Assembly (NCBI RefSeq): GCF_963921235.1
Contig: NC_086108.1
Coordinates: forward strand, 82,586,001-82,650,000
Source of the DNA: Mobula hypostoma
Taxonomy: Eukaryota
Direction of reading: 5' to 3'
DNA: 64,000 nt
The notes under the pieces were generated by a model that worked only from the letters and a program-made list of their open reading frames with translations, ran no database searches and was not told the origin of the DNA. Below are positions 48,180 through 62,779 of the stretch, piece by piece. A program made the translations under genes and the position numbers. Each line of letters starts with the position of its first letter. The stretch's first letter is position 1.

Positions 48180-51100
48180 ATAAGGCATAGGAGCAGACTT
48201 AGGCCATTCAGCCCATTGAATCTGCACCATCATTAAATCATAGCTAATTTATTATCCTTCTCAACCCCATACTCCTGCATTCTTCCCATAACCTTTGTTG
48301 CCCTGACTAATTAAGAACCTATCAACCTCCACTTAATATATACCCAGTGATTCAGCCTCCCCAGCTGTCTGTGGCAATGAATGCCAGAGATTCACCACCC
48401 TCTGGTGAAAGAAGTTCCTCCTTATCTCTATTCTAAATGGATGACTCTCCATTCTGAGGCTCTGCTCTCTGGTCCTAGACTCCCTCACTATAGGAAATAT
48501 CCTCTCCACGTCCACTTAATCTAGACTTTTCAATATTCGCTAGCTTTCAATGAGATCCCCCCTCATTCTTCTAAACCCCAATGAGTACAGGCCCAGAGCC
48601 ATTAAATGCTGCTTATACTTTAACCCTTTCATTCCTAGAATCATTCTTGTGAACTCCACTGGAACCTCTCCAATGCCAGCACATCTGGGCCCAAAACTGT
48701 TTACAATACTCCAAGTACTGTCTGACCAAAGCCTTATAAAGCCTCAGCATTACATCCTTGCTTTTAGATCCTAGTCCTCTCTCAATGAATGCTAACATTA
48801 CATTTGCCTTCCTTACCACAAACTCAACCAGCAAGTTAACCATTAGCTCTGAATCGTTGATGAGAGATCAACCATCTTGACTTCAATGCATCTTCTCTAT
48901 TTCCCCAACGTCTGCGCTTACCGCACCTTCCCACCGCCTTTACAATGATAGTTCCTCTTGTACTTACCTACCACCCCATCAGCCTCTGCAACCAACATAT
49001 CCTTTGAAACTGGGATCCTGCCAGTAAACATATCTTTACATACCCACCTCCTGCATTCTACAGGGATCACTCTCTCCACGATCCTCTTGCCCATTTGCCC
49101 CCCCCCCCCAAGTCTCCCTCCTGGGATTCATCCTTGAAAGTGGCCTAAGTATTAACCTTGCATGTTCACTTCCTCACCTCTACTCAGGGCCCCAAACAGT
49201 TCTTCCAGGTCAGGCAACACTTCACCTGCAAATCTGCTGTGTTCGTCTATTATGTCCTGTGCTCCTGATGCAACCTCCTCTACAATGGTGAGACCCATCG
49301 TAAATTAGAGACCACTTCATCGAGCACCTCTACTCCATTCGACACAAGCAGAACTTCCCGGTGGCCAAGCATTTTAATTCCAATCACCATTCCTGTTCCA
49401 ACATGTCAGTCCATGGCCTCCGCTTGTGCCAAGCTGAGGTCACCCTGAGGGTGAAGGAACAATATCGTGTATTCCATCTGAGTAGCCTCCAACCTGATTC
49501 ATGAATACCAATGAGTCCTTCTGGTAATTAGTCCTCTCCCTCCCCACTCCGGCCTTTTACCTCTTCTCTCCTGCCTTTCACTTCCTCCTGGGTCCATTCC
49601 TCCTTCCCTTTCTCCTACGGTCCACACTCCCCTCTCCTATCACACTTTCTCTTCTCCAGCCCTTTACCCTCACCTATCACCTTTCAGCTAGCCTCCTTCT
49701 CCCACCGCCCCCCCCATCCTTTTTATTCTGCCGTCTTCCCCCTTCTTTTTCAGTCCTGAAGAAGGGTCTCGGCCTGGAACATCAACAGTTTATTCATTTC
49801 AATAGATGCTGCCTGACCTGACCAGCTCCCCCAGCATTTTGTGTGTGTTGCTTTACATTTCCAGTATCTGCAGACTTTCTCATTTTTAACCTTTAGGGAA
49901 TCCTGCATGAAGACTCCCAAGTCCCTTTGCACTTCTGATTATTTGCGTTTTCTTCCCATTTAGAAAACAGTCAATGCTTCCTCAACACTGTCTACCCTCT
50001 ACCTATCTTTGTATCCTCTGCAAACATGGCCACAAAGCCATTAATTCTGTCATTCAAATCACTGGCATATAATGTGAAAAGAAGCGGTCCCAACACCAAC
50101 CCCCGCACACCACTTGTCACCAGCAGCCAACTTGAAAACGCCTGCTTTATTCGACTTCTTGCCTCCTGCCAGCCAGCCAATCTTCTATTCATGCTAATGC
50201 CTTTCCTGTAATATGATGGACTCCTATTAAGCAGCCTCATGTGTGCACCTTGTCAAAGGACTTCAGAAAATCAATGTAAACAACATCCACTGACTCTCCT
50301 TTGTCTATCCTGTCTATTATTTCCTCAAAGAATTCCAACAAATTTGTCAGGCTAGATTTCTCTTTCAGGAAACCATGCTGACTTTGGCCTATTTTGTCAT
50401 GTATCTTCAAGCAACGTGAAACCTCATCCTTAACATTTTCCCAACCACTGAAGTTAGGCAAACAGGCCCGCAATTTCTTTCTTCTGCCTCCCTCCCTTCT
50501 TGAACAGTGGAGTAATGTTTACAATTTTCCAGTCCTCCAAAGCCATTCCAGAGTCTAGTCACTCTTGAAAAGTCATTATTAATGCCTCCACAATCTCTCC
50601 AGCTACCTCTTTCAGAACCCTGTGGTGTTGTCCATCTGGTCCAGTTGACTTATCTACCTTCAAACCTTTCAGCTTCCCAAGCACCTTCACCTTAGTAATA
50701 GCAGCTACACTCATAGCTGTTCCCTGACACTCTTGAATTTCTGTCATACTGCTGGTGTCCTCCACAGTGAAGACTGATCAAAATATATAAGTTCATCCAC
50801 CATTTCTTCGTCCCCCATTACTAGATCTCCAGTGGTCCAATATCCATTCTCGTTCTCATTTACTTTTTATTTTTCTGAAAAAATACTTTTTGTGTCCTCT
50901 TTTATAATGGCAAGTTTACCTTCATATTTCGTCCTTTCTCTCCTTATGGTTTTAAAATTGCATTCTGTTGTTTCCTTTTGAAGCTTGCCAATCCTTTAAC
51001 TTCCCACTAATGTTTGCTCTATCATATGCCTTTTATGTTGGCTTTGACTTCCCTTGTCAGCCACAGTTTTGTCATCCTGCCTTTAGTATACTTCCTCTTC

Positions 51101-51620
51101 TTTGGGATGTATTTAGCCCGCACCTTCCAAATTGCTCCCAGAAACTCCAGCCATTGCTGGTCTGGTATCATCCCTGCTTGTGTCCCCTTCCAATCAATTC
51201 TGGTCAGTAACTCTCTCGTGGCTCTGTAATTCTCCACTGTAATACTCATACATCTGACTTTAGCTTCTCCCTCTCAAAATGCAGGGTGAATTCAATCATA
51301 TTATGATCACTGTTTCCTGAGGGTTTCTTTACCTTAAGCACCCTAATCATATCTGGTTCATTACACAACACCTATTCCAGAATTGCTGATCCCCCTAGTG
51401 GGCTCAACCACAAGCTGCTTCAAAAAGCCATCTCGGAGTCATTCAGCAAATTCTCTCTCTTGGGATCCAGCATCAACTTCATTTTCCCAATCTCTCTGCA
51501 TATTGAATCCTCCATGACTAATGTGATGTGCCTTTTTACATGTCTTTTTATCTCCCACTGTAATGTGTACCCCACATCCTGGCTACTGTTCAGAAGCCTG
51601 TATATAACTTTCATGTATAT
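48180..51620 (-). mobile_element. CR1 LINE (endonuclease plus RT, degenerate) interrupted by a Penelope element
   Basis: ORF remnants KSTGPDG, SQHGFLKEKSSLTNLLEFFEE, FAEDTK, LYKALVRQYLEYC and ESRTREQSLR. Confidence 0.9.
48847..49885 (+). mobile_element. Penelope-like element nested in CR1
   Basis: GIY-YIG remnant (ctcctctacaatggtgagacc...ttcatcgagcacc), 3' pLTR at 49750-49885, and 11-bp TSD ttaacc(a/t)ttag (48836-48846, 49886-49896). Confidence 0.82.
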
Positions 51621-52249
51621 AACTTTTCACTCTTGCAGTCACCTCCAGGTTTTTCCACTATCTGGAAGGCGCAAGTCAGAATGGTGATGGAATACATTCC
51701 ATCTGCTTGGATACCAGTCACACAACAATTCCAAAAACTTGATGCCAAGCAAGCTGAAGTAGCCAACTCATTTGACATTCTATAGCCCTCACTTGGCATT
51801 AATTCCCTTCACCACAAAATGAGTTTCAATTACTTAGCCAGGCTACTGTCACAGAACTTCTCAAACCCCAACCTCTGCTGTTAAGGAGGACAAGGACAAC
51901 AGCTGCACAGGAGCTCCACCAGCTGATGGTTCACCTCCAAGTTGCACACAATCCAGATATGGTCCTTCATCATCACTGGATTTAAATCTTGAACCTCTGC
52001 TCAATAGCACTGTGGCAAGGATTGCAATGATTTAAGATGACTCAATGGCATCTGAGAATGGGCAATGAATTGTCAGGGGCATCTAGAGCATGCAAATAAA
52101 ACTAAACAAAGTAGTTTCATTTTTCATCATACAAGCAACAGTTCATTAAACTCATTCATCTCTACCTCCACAGGGACGATTAGAAATGGACAATGAATAA
52201 AGATTTTGTCTGTTTAATGTGAATTTACATTAGATTCTGTGGATAGTAT

Positions 52250-52470
52250 GGAAAAACTTCTCTCCGAGGGAGTAAATCTCTGAAATTGTCTTACTCTGAA
52301 AGTGATGGAGGCTAGATCATTAAAAGTATTTAAAATGGATATAGATAGATATTTGAAAGATCGAGAAATAGTGTGGGATGGGAACAGGTATAGAAGAGGA
52401 GCTGAGGCCAGCATAGATCAGGGCAGGTTTCAGAGACCTGACACATTATTTCTGCTGCTGTCTTCTTGTG
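52250..52470 (+). mobile_element. Degenerate CR1 3' end
   Basis: MEARSLKVFKMDIDRYL peptide. Confidence 0.6.
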
Positions 52471-53634
52471 TGATTGTATTTGTGTAGATATGGAATGTCA
52501 TTTAGATGCTAGGCGAACACAACTCCAAATGCATTTCATTATAATCGATAATGAGGTAAAACAGCATCCCATTAGAATGGATGGGATTTAAACCTTCATC
52601 CAACAGACAAAAATAAGCCATATTTTAACAGATCATAATACTGCATTTTGAAAAAATTAATAAAACTTATTATATCCTTTGCTTTATAAGAAATACAGAA
52701 TTCAAAAGCAAAAGAAACTAGAATTTAATTTTTACCACTGCTTGGTTCTGAAGGTGAGATATAATTTAGAATTTTGGGCTGCTCTTAGAAAAAAAATGGA
52801 GTCCTTTAAAAAAGATTGGCTTTAATATTCATGTGCTTGTTACTATTTATGACGTGACCTTAAGTATTACTTTATATGTAAGTCATTTATTTATGCCCAT
52901 AACTATTGGTTATTAAATGTCCCATTGTTCTCCACATGAAGAATCAGATATGTTCTTCAGGCTAAAATGACTTACAACTAAATAGTCAAAACTTAAATTA
53001 GCAATTCTGAAACCAGAATAATAAAGGTGTTTAAAGCATATAGATTTTAATTGGAATAGGCTAAGAAGTTAGAAGTTATAAAAACAAAATATTAAAGCTC
53101 TAACACAGGTGGGAGGATATAATTATCATGGGATATATCCAAGGCAATTTGTTTTATAAATATGTGACAATAAAAAATGTAATTAAAATGGAATATTTCA
53201 TGGATAGGACGGAATGCTGTAGTGTTTTTTTTTACCATATATATGAACTATAGACTTTACATTTCCCGTCATTATCATCCACAAGTTTACAGTGAGCATC
53301 ATTCTCTATTTTCAAGATTTGAATAATTTTAATAATTTCATCAGAAGATACATAATCTTTTTATGGTGGTATCATTGATACAAAATAATTCCAGACCCTT
53401 ATTAATCAATGCACTGATATAAATATAGTTCAGCAGGCAGAGGCTCTCCTTGTTACGTTAGTTATGTATAATTCCTATTCTTTGGTTTCAACAAAGTAAC
53501 CCATTTTCCATCATTCCAGAAATATTAATTCAATGGATCAAAACAGTCTCCATTTGTTACCATTCTAGTGGATAGTCATTCCCACATGTTTGAAATCATG
53601 GACCATTCCTAGAACAAAGATAACACGTAAACTA

Positions 53635-54065
53635 ATGTGGATGCTGCCAAGACTAGAAGCCCCGAGTTATAGGGAAAGTTTGCTCAGGTTAGATCTTTAT
53701 TCCTTTGAAAAGCAGGCGAATGCGGGCTGGCCTTAAAAAATGTTTAAAATTATGAGCGCCGTATAAAAGGTGGCTGTTAACAGTCATTTACCCAGGGTAG
53801 GGTATAGATTTAGGGTGAGAGGGGCAAAGTTTTAAAATGGACCTGAGGGGCAACTTTTTCATGATGAGCATATGGAAAGAGCTGCCTGAGGAAGATACAG
53901 TAACATCATTTAAAAAGCAGTTGGATATATGGAAGGGCACAGCCTAGAGGGATCTGGGCCAGGTACAGGAAATTGGGACTAGCTGTGTGGGCACCATGAT
54001 TGGCATGGACTCGTTGGGCTGAAGGGTGTCTATCCGTGCTGCATTGCCCTTGGGCTCAATAACTC
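53635..54065 (+). mobile_element. Degenerate CR1 3' end
   Basis: MLPRLE..SYRESL..L.LYS remnant and CR1 3'UTR. Confidence 0.65.
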
Positions 54066-54184
54066 TAAACTACAGAATGAAGTAAAAACAATTCACTGAG
54101 GATCAGTCTGAAGCATATCAAATGTAACAGATCTCTGAGTGAGTTTCACTCTAAGAAAGGCACATTTTACCAGCTTCAGGCACA

Positions 54185-54415
54185 GGCGGGCCGTGTTCAA
54201 TTCCTGACGCTGCCCTATAAGTAGTTTGTATGTTCTCCCCGTGTCCGCGTGGGTTTTCTTCGGATGCTCCAGTCTAAAGATGTTCCGGTTGGTAATTGTA
54301 AATTGTCCCATGGTTAGGCTAGGGTTAAATTGGTGGGGTTCTGTGCTGTTGCCATGAAGGGCCAGAAGGGCTACTCCATGCAGCATCTCAATAAACAAAC
54401 AAATAAATAAATAAA
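54185..54415 (+). mobile_element. V-SINE, partial head
   Basis: gttcaattcc B box, gtttgtatgttctccccgtgtccgcgtggg V-domain and (aaat)n tail. Confidence 0.75.
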
Positions 54416-54777
54416 TATGAAAGACATTTGAAACTGCTTATGGATGCATAACAAGCTGTAATATAAAGTGAAGAGCTTAGGTGGCTTATACATAGTATGG
54501 TGGAGTCGAGGGAATTGTTATCCACTAAATTTAATTGAAATTTATTTGGTTCAGCTTTAAAACAATAAATTAACTGCATTAAATACAAGACTGTGGGATT
54601 TGTGAGGTTGAGGAGGCCCTCATAAAAATATTGAATTCCTGCAATTGATCACAAGATAATAATCAAATTAATGCATTAACCTGATGACGTGCACAGCTTG
54701 AGTGATTGAAATCTATCTTAAATATAGATCTTTGAAAACGCTGTAGACTATTATAATTCATTCTGCTGCGTAAGCGA

Positions 54778-54872
54778 AACACACAAAATACTGAAAAAAC
54801 TCAGCAGGTTAGGTGACATCTGTGGAAGTGAACAGATAGTCAATGTTTTGGGCTGAGCCCCTTCTTCAGGAC
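54778..54872 (-). mobile_element. Solo Penelope-like terminal repeat
   Basis: Matches the left arm of the 10569 element; reverse complement contains cctgaagaaggggctcagcccaaaac. Confidence 0.65.
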
Positions 54873-56282
54873 CAATTTCATTTCTTTTTGAGTCATTTTT
54901 ATATTGGGACGCAATGGCATGGGTGGTCGAGTGTTAAATAGTAATGCTATGCGAGCCAATATAAATGATTTGTGAGGAAACCACAAAAAAACAACTAATG
55001 AATGTAATCAATATAAGTTGATCATGTAGTCAATTAAATTTAAGTTAGTAATTCGACTCAGGAGTTTTGATAGTATAACTATAGCATCATTATGTTCTTT
55101 GAAATTCAGCGATGGAATTGTGAAACTTTCTTTCAATAATGCATTGTGGAAGTTAATTTAAAAAACAATAATTAATCACCTGATGGTCAGGAGCAGACAT
55201 TTTTTATGTTTGTTATTTATTTGTGATTTATTTGTTCTACAGAATTCAGCCATTGACATTCTATTGTTGGAAAAACATTCCTTTTGCTTTGTTACCATTA
55301 GTTATTGATAGTTTAATTTCATGATCTTTATTCAAATTGTTTCTATTTTGGTCCTTTCATTACAAATGTTTACTGGAAGCACATTCCATACCTTTGGCAT
55401 TCATGCAAGAAAATTATTCATTATGATATCATTATTGCATATCTATCCTAAAATAATATGCCTGGTTAATGGCAATGTCTGTGTAATAGATATTAAGTAT
55501 TGTTTAGCTCAAGTAGCTATACCACAAAATAAGCTGTTGTGGACTGTGATTTAAGCTGATCTAATTTATAGAAATCCCTGAACTGAACCATGCTTGATCA
55601 CATTTAAAGTCTTGTTGGCAACCTAACCACCTAAAGTGAGCAGGCATCCAGTTTCAATTTATATCATTGCTTCTTGAAATGATGTACTAGAACCAGGTTG
55701 TCTTATATCCAGTTATCAATTGCTCAGTTAAAAATGACTTTTAATCAGTAAGTAGAATGTTTGCTTCAGATTCCGTTTCTATAATATTTGTTAGTTTTAG
55801 CAGAAGAATCTGATTCTTAGCAGAATGATATCTTCCAGAAAATATAACTAAATCCAAATTTAAAGGGTGACGATGATTGAATATTCCAATGGATACCTTA
55901 TTCTGTTTCCGAGGATGATTTTTCTTTTACTGACTTTTGAAGGTGCTATTTCTTAAAATAATACTCTTCCCATCAGGAACAACTTCAACTATTGTGGAGA
56001 CCATATTTCTTGTAGATTATATTTGAGTCTAAAATATATATATTGACAAAGCAAGAAAGAGTGGAATTAACCATTTGGTCTGAATAATTTGTTTGGATTC
56101 AACATATTCTGTCGATGATTGTGCCAATAAAGAGCAGTTAAGACACTCTTTGTTCTCGTAAACAATTTTCTATATTGACATTAATTTTGCAGTACATTTT
56201 GACTTGACATGTATCAAACAGCTGGCAATCTCAGCCAGCTAAGCTATGATCATATCAGTACAAATGAATCATCTTAGTAAAT

Positions 56283-56285
<3 letters not shown>

Positions 56286-56321
<36 letters not shown>
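56286..56321. repeat. (CA)18 microsatellite
   Basis: Directly visible. Confidence 0.95.
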
Positions 56322-56324
<3 letters not shown>

Positions 56325-59300
56325 GCAAATACATACTCTATACATACTCAAATGTATAGAAGTATGACATGTTAATCCATGCCAACATGGATCAATGCAA
56401 GACCCAATGTAAAGGCATGTTTCATAAATTGTACAGTCCAATGCTTGGAACATTTTGATTCACTGCAAGTACGTGTTGCAATGCACTCCAACAAAGCATC
56501 CACAGTTCATTGATTAACTAATATATGATGACCTATTACAAAATAAATAGAAAATTTATAGTTTGGACACATTCCGGGAATACCAATGAGCAAGATCACA
56601 AAATAATGTTGCAAAGGATGGTTGTAATGTACTCCTAAGCAGCATCACACTTGTGATTATGCCACAGAAACAGAGAAAGCGAGAAATATTCGGCAGAAAG
56701 GGAAACAGAATTAACATTTTATGTTTTTAACTTCTCCCCAGAACAGGAATAAGTTTTTCTCTTTATAGAAATTAAAGTCATTTGTCTCCAGTGTTTCCTG
56801 TTTAAAATTCACATTTCCCCCAATTTCAAAGTTTAACACAATATCAATTTTTAAATATATCCTTCAATTGCTATAGACAGTATCTTCTGTCTTTTCTTGT
56901 TTTATCCTTCCTGGAGCCTTGCTGATTTGAATCCAAGATTCTTTATAAAATCTTTCATTTTAACTCCCTGTTCGAGTTTGGTCTGGATCACAAAATAATG
57001 GATTTTTTATTTCTAATATTATTTCTCAATTTTATAATCATCAAAATTTCAGGCTCAACGTGACATAAAACCTATCTCTAAGTTTTTTCTTTCTTTTCAA
57101 TCTTGTCATATTGTCCATTTCGAGTATTAATTTCACTTTAATTTCTCAAATTTGGTGCCCAATATCTCAATGTTTACAATACTCTAATGCAATCAATTGT
57201 AACATCACAAATCTTTAAATATCCCACATCCAGCGGACTTTTATCTCAGGCACCCGTACTTGAATCCACATCAGATCAAGATCAAGTTCAAATTTATTGC
57301 CATCAGATTGTACATATATACAACCAAATGAAACAACGTTCCCCCTAGGTTCACTCTTGTTCTGAGCAACTATACAGCAAACTGCCAAAATAATACACTG
57401 GCAAACTGACAAAAAGACAGGTAGAATGATTGGTCTGCTAAATTACGGTACGTTGAAGAGGGGATGGGGGAGTTGAGGGTGATATTTCAGAGTGGAAGCA
57501 TGTCATGAGAGTAGAGGGATCTTTTGTCTTCATCCATCAGTGTTGTGCCTGACCTTGGTGTTCCTTATAATAACTGACTGATGTTTGAAAATGGCATATT
57601 TTCATTTTCTAGCTCTAATATTCTTTATCTTGAGCAAGAGAAAAGTCTGAAATTACACCTGGATCAGCTCGGTAATTACTGGGAGCTACAGTATATGTAT
57701 ATCATTCTGTAAGGATTCAGTTGGCTTTCCCGCAGAATTTGGCCAAATTCTTGAACAAATGGTAGATTGTACTAATGACAATATAATCTCTGTTAAATTA
57801 GTTTATATATTAATATTAGGATGCTACAAACATTAGGAACTGAAGCACATCACAGACAGGACAGAAATTTGTTTGTTTTAACAGGGATTTGAATGAAATC
57901 TTCTGGATGGTTATACCATAATGCAGGTAACAGTACAAATGTTACAAATGATGGAAACTGAAATGTCAAACGTTGAAATAAAACGATAATGGGAAGTAAT
58001 GTTTATATTTAAGTTTAGCTTGCCCATATTTTCGTGTTGGCCTTCTATGTAATGGGATTTTATTTTTCCATCAATGTAAAGCTTAAATCTGGATTGTGCA
58101 TTGGACCTGCCTCTAGAGTAAAGCAGAGTGAGACTCCCTGGACGGACCACCTCATTACTTATGGTTTGACACTTTGTGAAGTATAAATCCAGTGCAATGT
58201 CAAGCCTGGTTTACAATGCGCACAGTGGGTCTGCGGTGCCCCACAGACAATTTGTAAACCAAGGCAAACAACTTGATTTTAAATGTTTAGAGGCCAGGCT
58301 TTCCATTTCCTAAAACTGAGGCATCTACCATTTTAGGAACAACTCTGGGTAGTTATATTCAGGAAATTCAGAACAGTTAAGTACCAGCCAAGCTGAAGTT
58401 AAGCAGCATAAAGAGAATTATACTTGCATGCAGCACTAGTACTGCTGGTCTGAGACCTTGCAACCTGTTTGTCAGGGTATTTGTTTTGGGGTGCAAGAGA
58501 GCAGAAAGGGAACTATGGGCTGGCGCTTTTATTTGTTTTTGTTTGCTTTACTAATGATTTGACTTTATTTTCCTTGTAATAGTTTATAAGTCTACAACAC
58601 ACAAGTGATTTTCAGAAGTGACAGGAAAAATCTTTGGAAAGTCAGGTGACTGTGTCAGATAAAAATTAATTTCTGTAGTCTCATTTCTTCATCATTATGC
58701 TAGGCTACAGAATATTATGTCCTTTTAGACGTTGACCAGACTGGGGAAGTGACCAGATCCAAATATATAAATTTCAATAATAGTTCTTTTTCAAAGTTGA
58801 GATATTCATTACTTATTGTCCTGAAATTATACAAGTGTGTGTGTTTACTTTATTCTGTAAATGTTGTAGCTGATATTTACAGAAATATACATATTTATAG
58901 ACAATAGCATAATTCCATTGATGATAAAAGATCAATTCCAACAAATAATATTCTGCAGAATAGTATTCTAATTTCTACCAAATGAAATTAATTTGTCATT
59001 ATTGTTCAACAGGGCAATAGAATGACTGGTGAAGGAAACTGAAAAGTTCTGCTGGCAACAGAAACAGACAATTTTCTTCCAAACACTAGGAAGTTTGAAG
59101 TTTATGTGCGCATAAACATGATGAACCTGACTAAGGAATGCCTGACACAGGTCAATGATGTGCAACAAAATATAATACTGGAAATTTCATCCAAATGAAT
59201 TCAAAAAGAAAAGTAATGATCAGGAAAAACACATTCCAAATATCCATTCGAAAGAGAGAGAAAAAAACATATTTTTCTTGCACCACAAAATAACACAAGA

Positions 59301-59494
59301 ACACAAGAACATGAGAAAATCGGAGCAGGAGGAGGCCACCAGGCCCTTCAAGTCTGCCTTATCATTCAAAATGATCGTGGTTGATCAATGCTGGCCTCAA
59401 CTTCTCTTCTATGCCTGTTCCCCACAGTCCTCAGCCTAAACATAAGGATTTATTTTAAAGTGGGACTTCTGAAACATCCCATAAAATACGTAAC

Positions 59495-59755
59495 AACTCT
59501 GTCATGGACAGTCCCAAGCCCGAATGCGAAAGAAGGAGGGTTGGGCATGGAGCTAGCAACCCCATCACATAAAAACCCAGTACTTCTGAAAACCAACAGA
59601 AGCTCCAAAGACCTCAGCCTTGAGAGAGGAACGATCTCCGAAGATGGGCTACACCTGGGACAATTTGAAAGACTGGCACAGCACAGAGGACCCTGGTAAG
59701 CTGCTGACAACAGCCTATGCCCCAGTAGGTATGATAGGCTAAAAAGGAAAAGAAG
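59495..59755 (+). mobile_element. RTE-derived short retroposon
   Basis: gggttgggcatggagctagcaacccc...aaaaac RTE 5'UTR-like motif fused to an RTE 3'-end remnant (LHLGQFERLAQHRGPW). Confidence 0.55.
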
Positions 59756-60894
59756 AAATATACCACATGTCTTAAATAAATCTGAGAAAAGAATTCTGCA
59801 CCCAATTTTAAACAGCATAATTTCAAATGGTGCAAAGGAAATATTTTAACTTCAATTTTAAATTGGAATATGCTCTGCCAATCCTTTGGCATGTTCTTGA
59901 AATAAAATTGTTAGTAAGGAAACAATAGGAGAGACACAGATTTACCGATCGTGTAATATTTCCCAAATTGTATCCATTCTGAGTAGTTTTGGCTTCACAC
60001 TGATGTGAACAGGATGATGTATGAAATTAATTAAATTGTATTCTGGAAACCTAAATGAAGTCGCTTTGTGGATATAATCTCCCACCATTTTTCTGATCAT
60101 CCAAGAAAATGTTTGACCTTCATTTTAAAACTACTCAAAGGAGCTGGCTGTTCCTTTGACATTAAAACTTGAAATATTGTTCCAATGCTGTAGGACACAG
60201 CTCCACGCATAATCCAGTTTGCCCTGCGGCAGAGCAGTGCAGAGGCAGAATAACGCAAAGTGGAGCTTTACAGAAACAGTGCCGTTACCAGCCTCAACAT
60301 TTCACTGTCATTCAAGGGCTATGCAAGTGATGGATTTATACAGCCCCACTTTTCTCTGATTTTTGCCTAGATTTACTATATATCTGTGACATCCTGGAAG
60401 AGAGGTTTTACTTTTAATCAACTGTAAAATTATAGTGCTAAGCTGGAATCAGTTTGGCCTGACTTTGGACCATGTTAAGTTATGATTCATGGAAGAAAGA
60501 ACCTTATTGTTTCTCAGCTCACATACAGGTTAGACCATAAATCTGATCTACAGAGCCATTATTAATTTTCTGTGGAAATGAAGTTGTATTTAACTTCATT
60601 GGAATGCTCTGAAGATATAACTAACCAGCGTAGGCAAGCAGCGCTAGCGGATCTTGCGGAATTGAATTTCTCAAAGACACAATGCTTTTGCAGATCCTAC
60701 ATGCTCATGGGTTTGGTGGCAACATATCTACACAGAGGGAAGTTTGTTTGATGGAGGGAAAAAAGAGTAGGTATAAAAGGGCCATTTTAAGTTGGTAAAT
60801 TAAATTAGTGTGAATTTTCAGAGGTTAGTAATAAGCATCAATATTCAGTCTATGTGAATTATATGTGAATATATGAATATTCTTGTATGAATAA

Positions 60895-62330
60895 GAGAGT
60901 CAGAGAGTTGTAGAGTTATACAGCATAGAAACTAGACCTTCAACCCAAATTGTCCAAGCTGATAAATGATCAATGAGGCAGTCCTATTTTTCTGCATTTG
61001 GCCCCCATCCCTCTAAACCCACAAGTCTGTCCAAATGTCTCTTCAATATTGTAATTGTACCTGCTTCACCAGTTCCTCTGACAGTACATTCCATCTACTC
61101 ACCATCATCTGTGCCCCCAGGTTCCATTTAAACCTTTCTCCTCATCTTAAAACTATGCCTTTTAGCCTTAGAATCCTCTGCTCTGGAAAGAGTATTGTGA
61201 TGTTCGTCTAATTAAAGCTCCTTATGATTTTACGGAATTCTATAAGGTCACACCTCAGTCACCTTCGCTCCAGGTAAAATATTCATTCTTTATAACTCAC
61301 GCCCTCCAATCCTATTAACATCCTTTTGAATATTTTCTGACCCTCCTCCCAACTTAATAGCATCGTTCCTATCATATGGCTACCAGATCTGCCAGTGTGG
61401 TCTCACCAGCCCCCTACACAGCTGTAACATTATGTCCCAATTATCGTTCTCAGTGATACGCTGTGTGAAGGCAAGCACACAATTTACCTTCTTCACCACC
61501 TTGTCTATCCAATGGGAACAATGTATTTGAACCACTGGGTTTCTCATTTTGATCAACATTGCCCAGGACCCTGTCTTTTACTGTTTAAGTCCTGCCCTGG
61601 TTTGACTTCCCAAAATGCATCACTGAGAACTTTGACCTATCATGTTGTGCTGACCCTTTAACCTACTCCAAGATCAATCCGACCCTTCCCTCCCAGATAG
61701 TTCTCCATTTTTCTTCCGTCCATGTGCCTATCTAAAAGTCTCTTAAATATCCCTCAACCACCATTCCCGGCATTGTGTTCAATACACCTACCACTCTCCG
61801 TAAAAAGCTATCTATTCCTCCTCCACACTTCTCCAATTACTTGGAAGTTATATTGCTTTTATTAGACATTTCCATCCTGGGAATGTACCTGGCTCTTCTT
61901 CTCGTCTGAGTTAAATGCTATCTGCCATTCCTTTGCCCACTTTATTGTGACAAACTTGTTCACTATCACTGCTGATGTTATCTGCAAACTTACTAATCCT
62001 GAAACCTACATTCCCACCTAAATTCTTAATATATAGTACAGAAGTGGAAAAGTAAATTATGAGAAGGACACAAACAATTTGCAAAGGAGAATAGGTTGAA
62101 TAAATGGGTAAGAAGCCAACAAATTGAATGGTGAGGGGAATCGTGTAGGCATTCATCTTGGTAGGTAGAACAGAAAGTACTGGTACCACTTGATATAAGA
62201 CAAGGCAATGTTAGTATTTAAAAACAATGTCCCTATGGAAGATACAGAAAGCTAGTGTATGGTTAAGACAAGCAATTAATAAATTATGCATTTGGAATGT
62301 GGACCATTATTGCAAGGTGAGGGAAGGGGG
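60895..62330. mobile_element. Cluster of degenerate CR1 fragments, mostly minus strand
   Basis: CR1 3'UTR motifs at ~60920 and ~61640; FRISKFAD remnant at ~61990. Confidence 0.65.
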
Positions 62331-62389
62331 ATTGGGTGCATAGGATATTTATTATATAATAAACATGAGATGTTACAGATACCGAAAAC

Positions 62390-62542
62390 CCAGGGTAACA
62401 CATAAAAGTACTGGTGGATCAGTAGGCCACTGAGTATCTATGGAAAGAAGTAAACAGTCAATGTTTTGGGTCGAGACCCTTCACTGTCCATAGATACAGC
62501 CTGACCTGCTGGGGTCCTCCAGCATTTTGCACATATTGTTCT
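62390..62542. mobile_element. Palindromic Penelope-like terminal repeat with central deletion
   Basis: Left arm taaacagtcaatgttttgggtcgagacccttca; right arm tccatagatacagcctgacctgctggggtcctccagcattttg. Confidence 0.65.
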
Positions 62543-62779
62543 TCATTATATAATATATTTAAATATCATAAAATAACAAAGCTTTGACTGTCATAATTGG
62601 CCCATACCACACACTCTTCACTGCAAATGCACTTTGCTCTGAGGAATATTCTATAGACATAAACAAATAAGATCCCCATTATCTCTATAAACTTCTTACC
62701 ATTTGCTTTTAGACTTGCTTGTTCTGTCATTTGGTTTTATTAGTACATTATTAGTTACTGGTCTAAAAGCTTTACTGAC

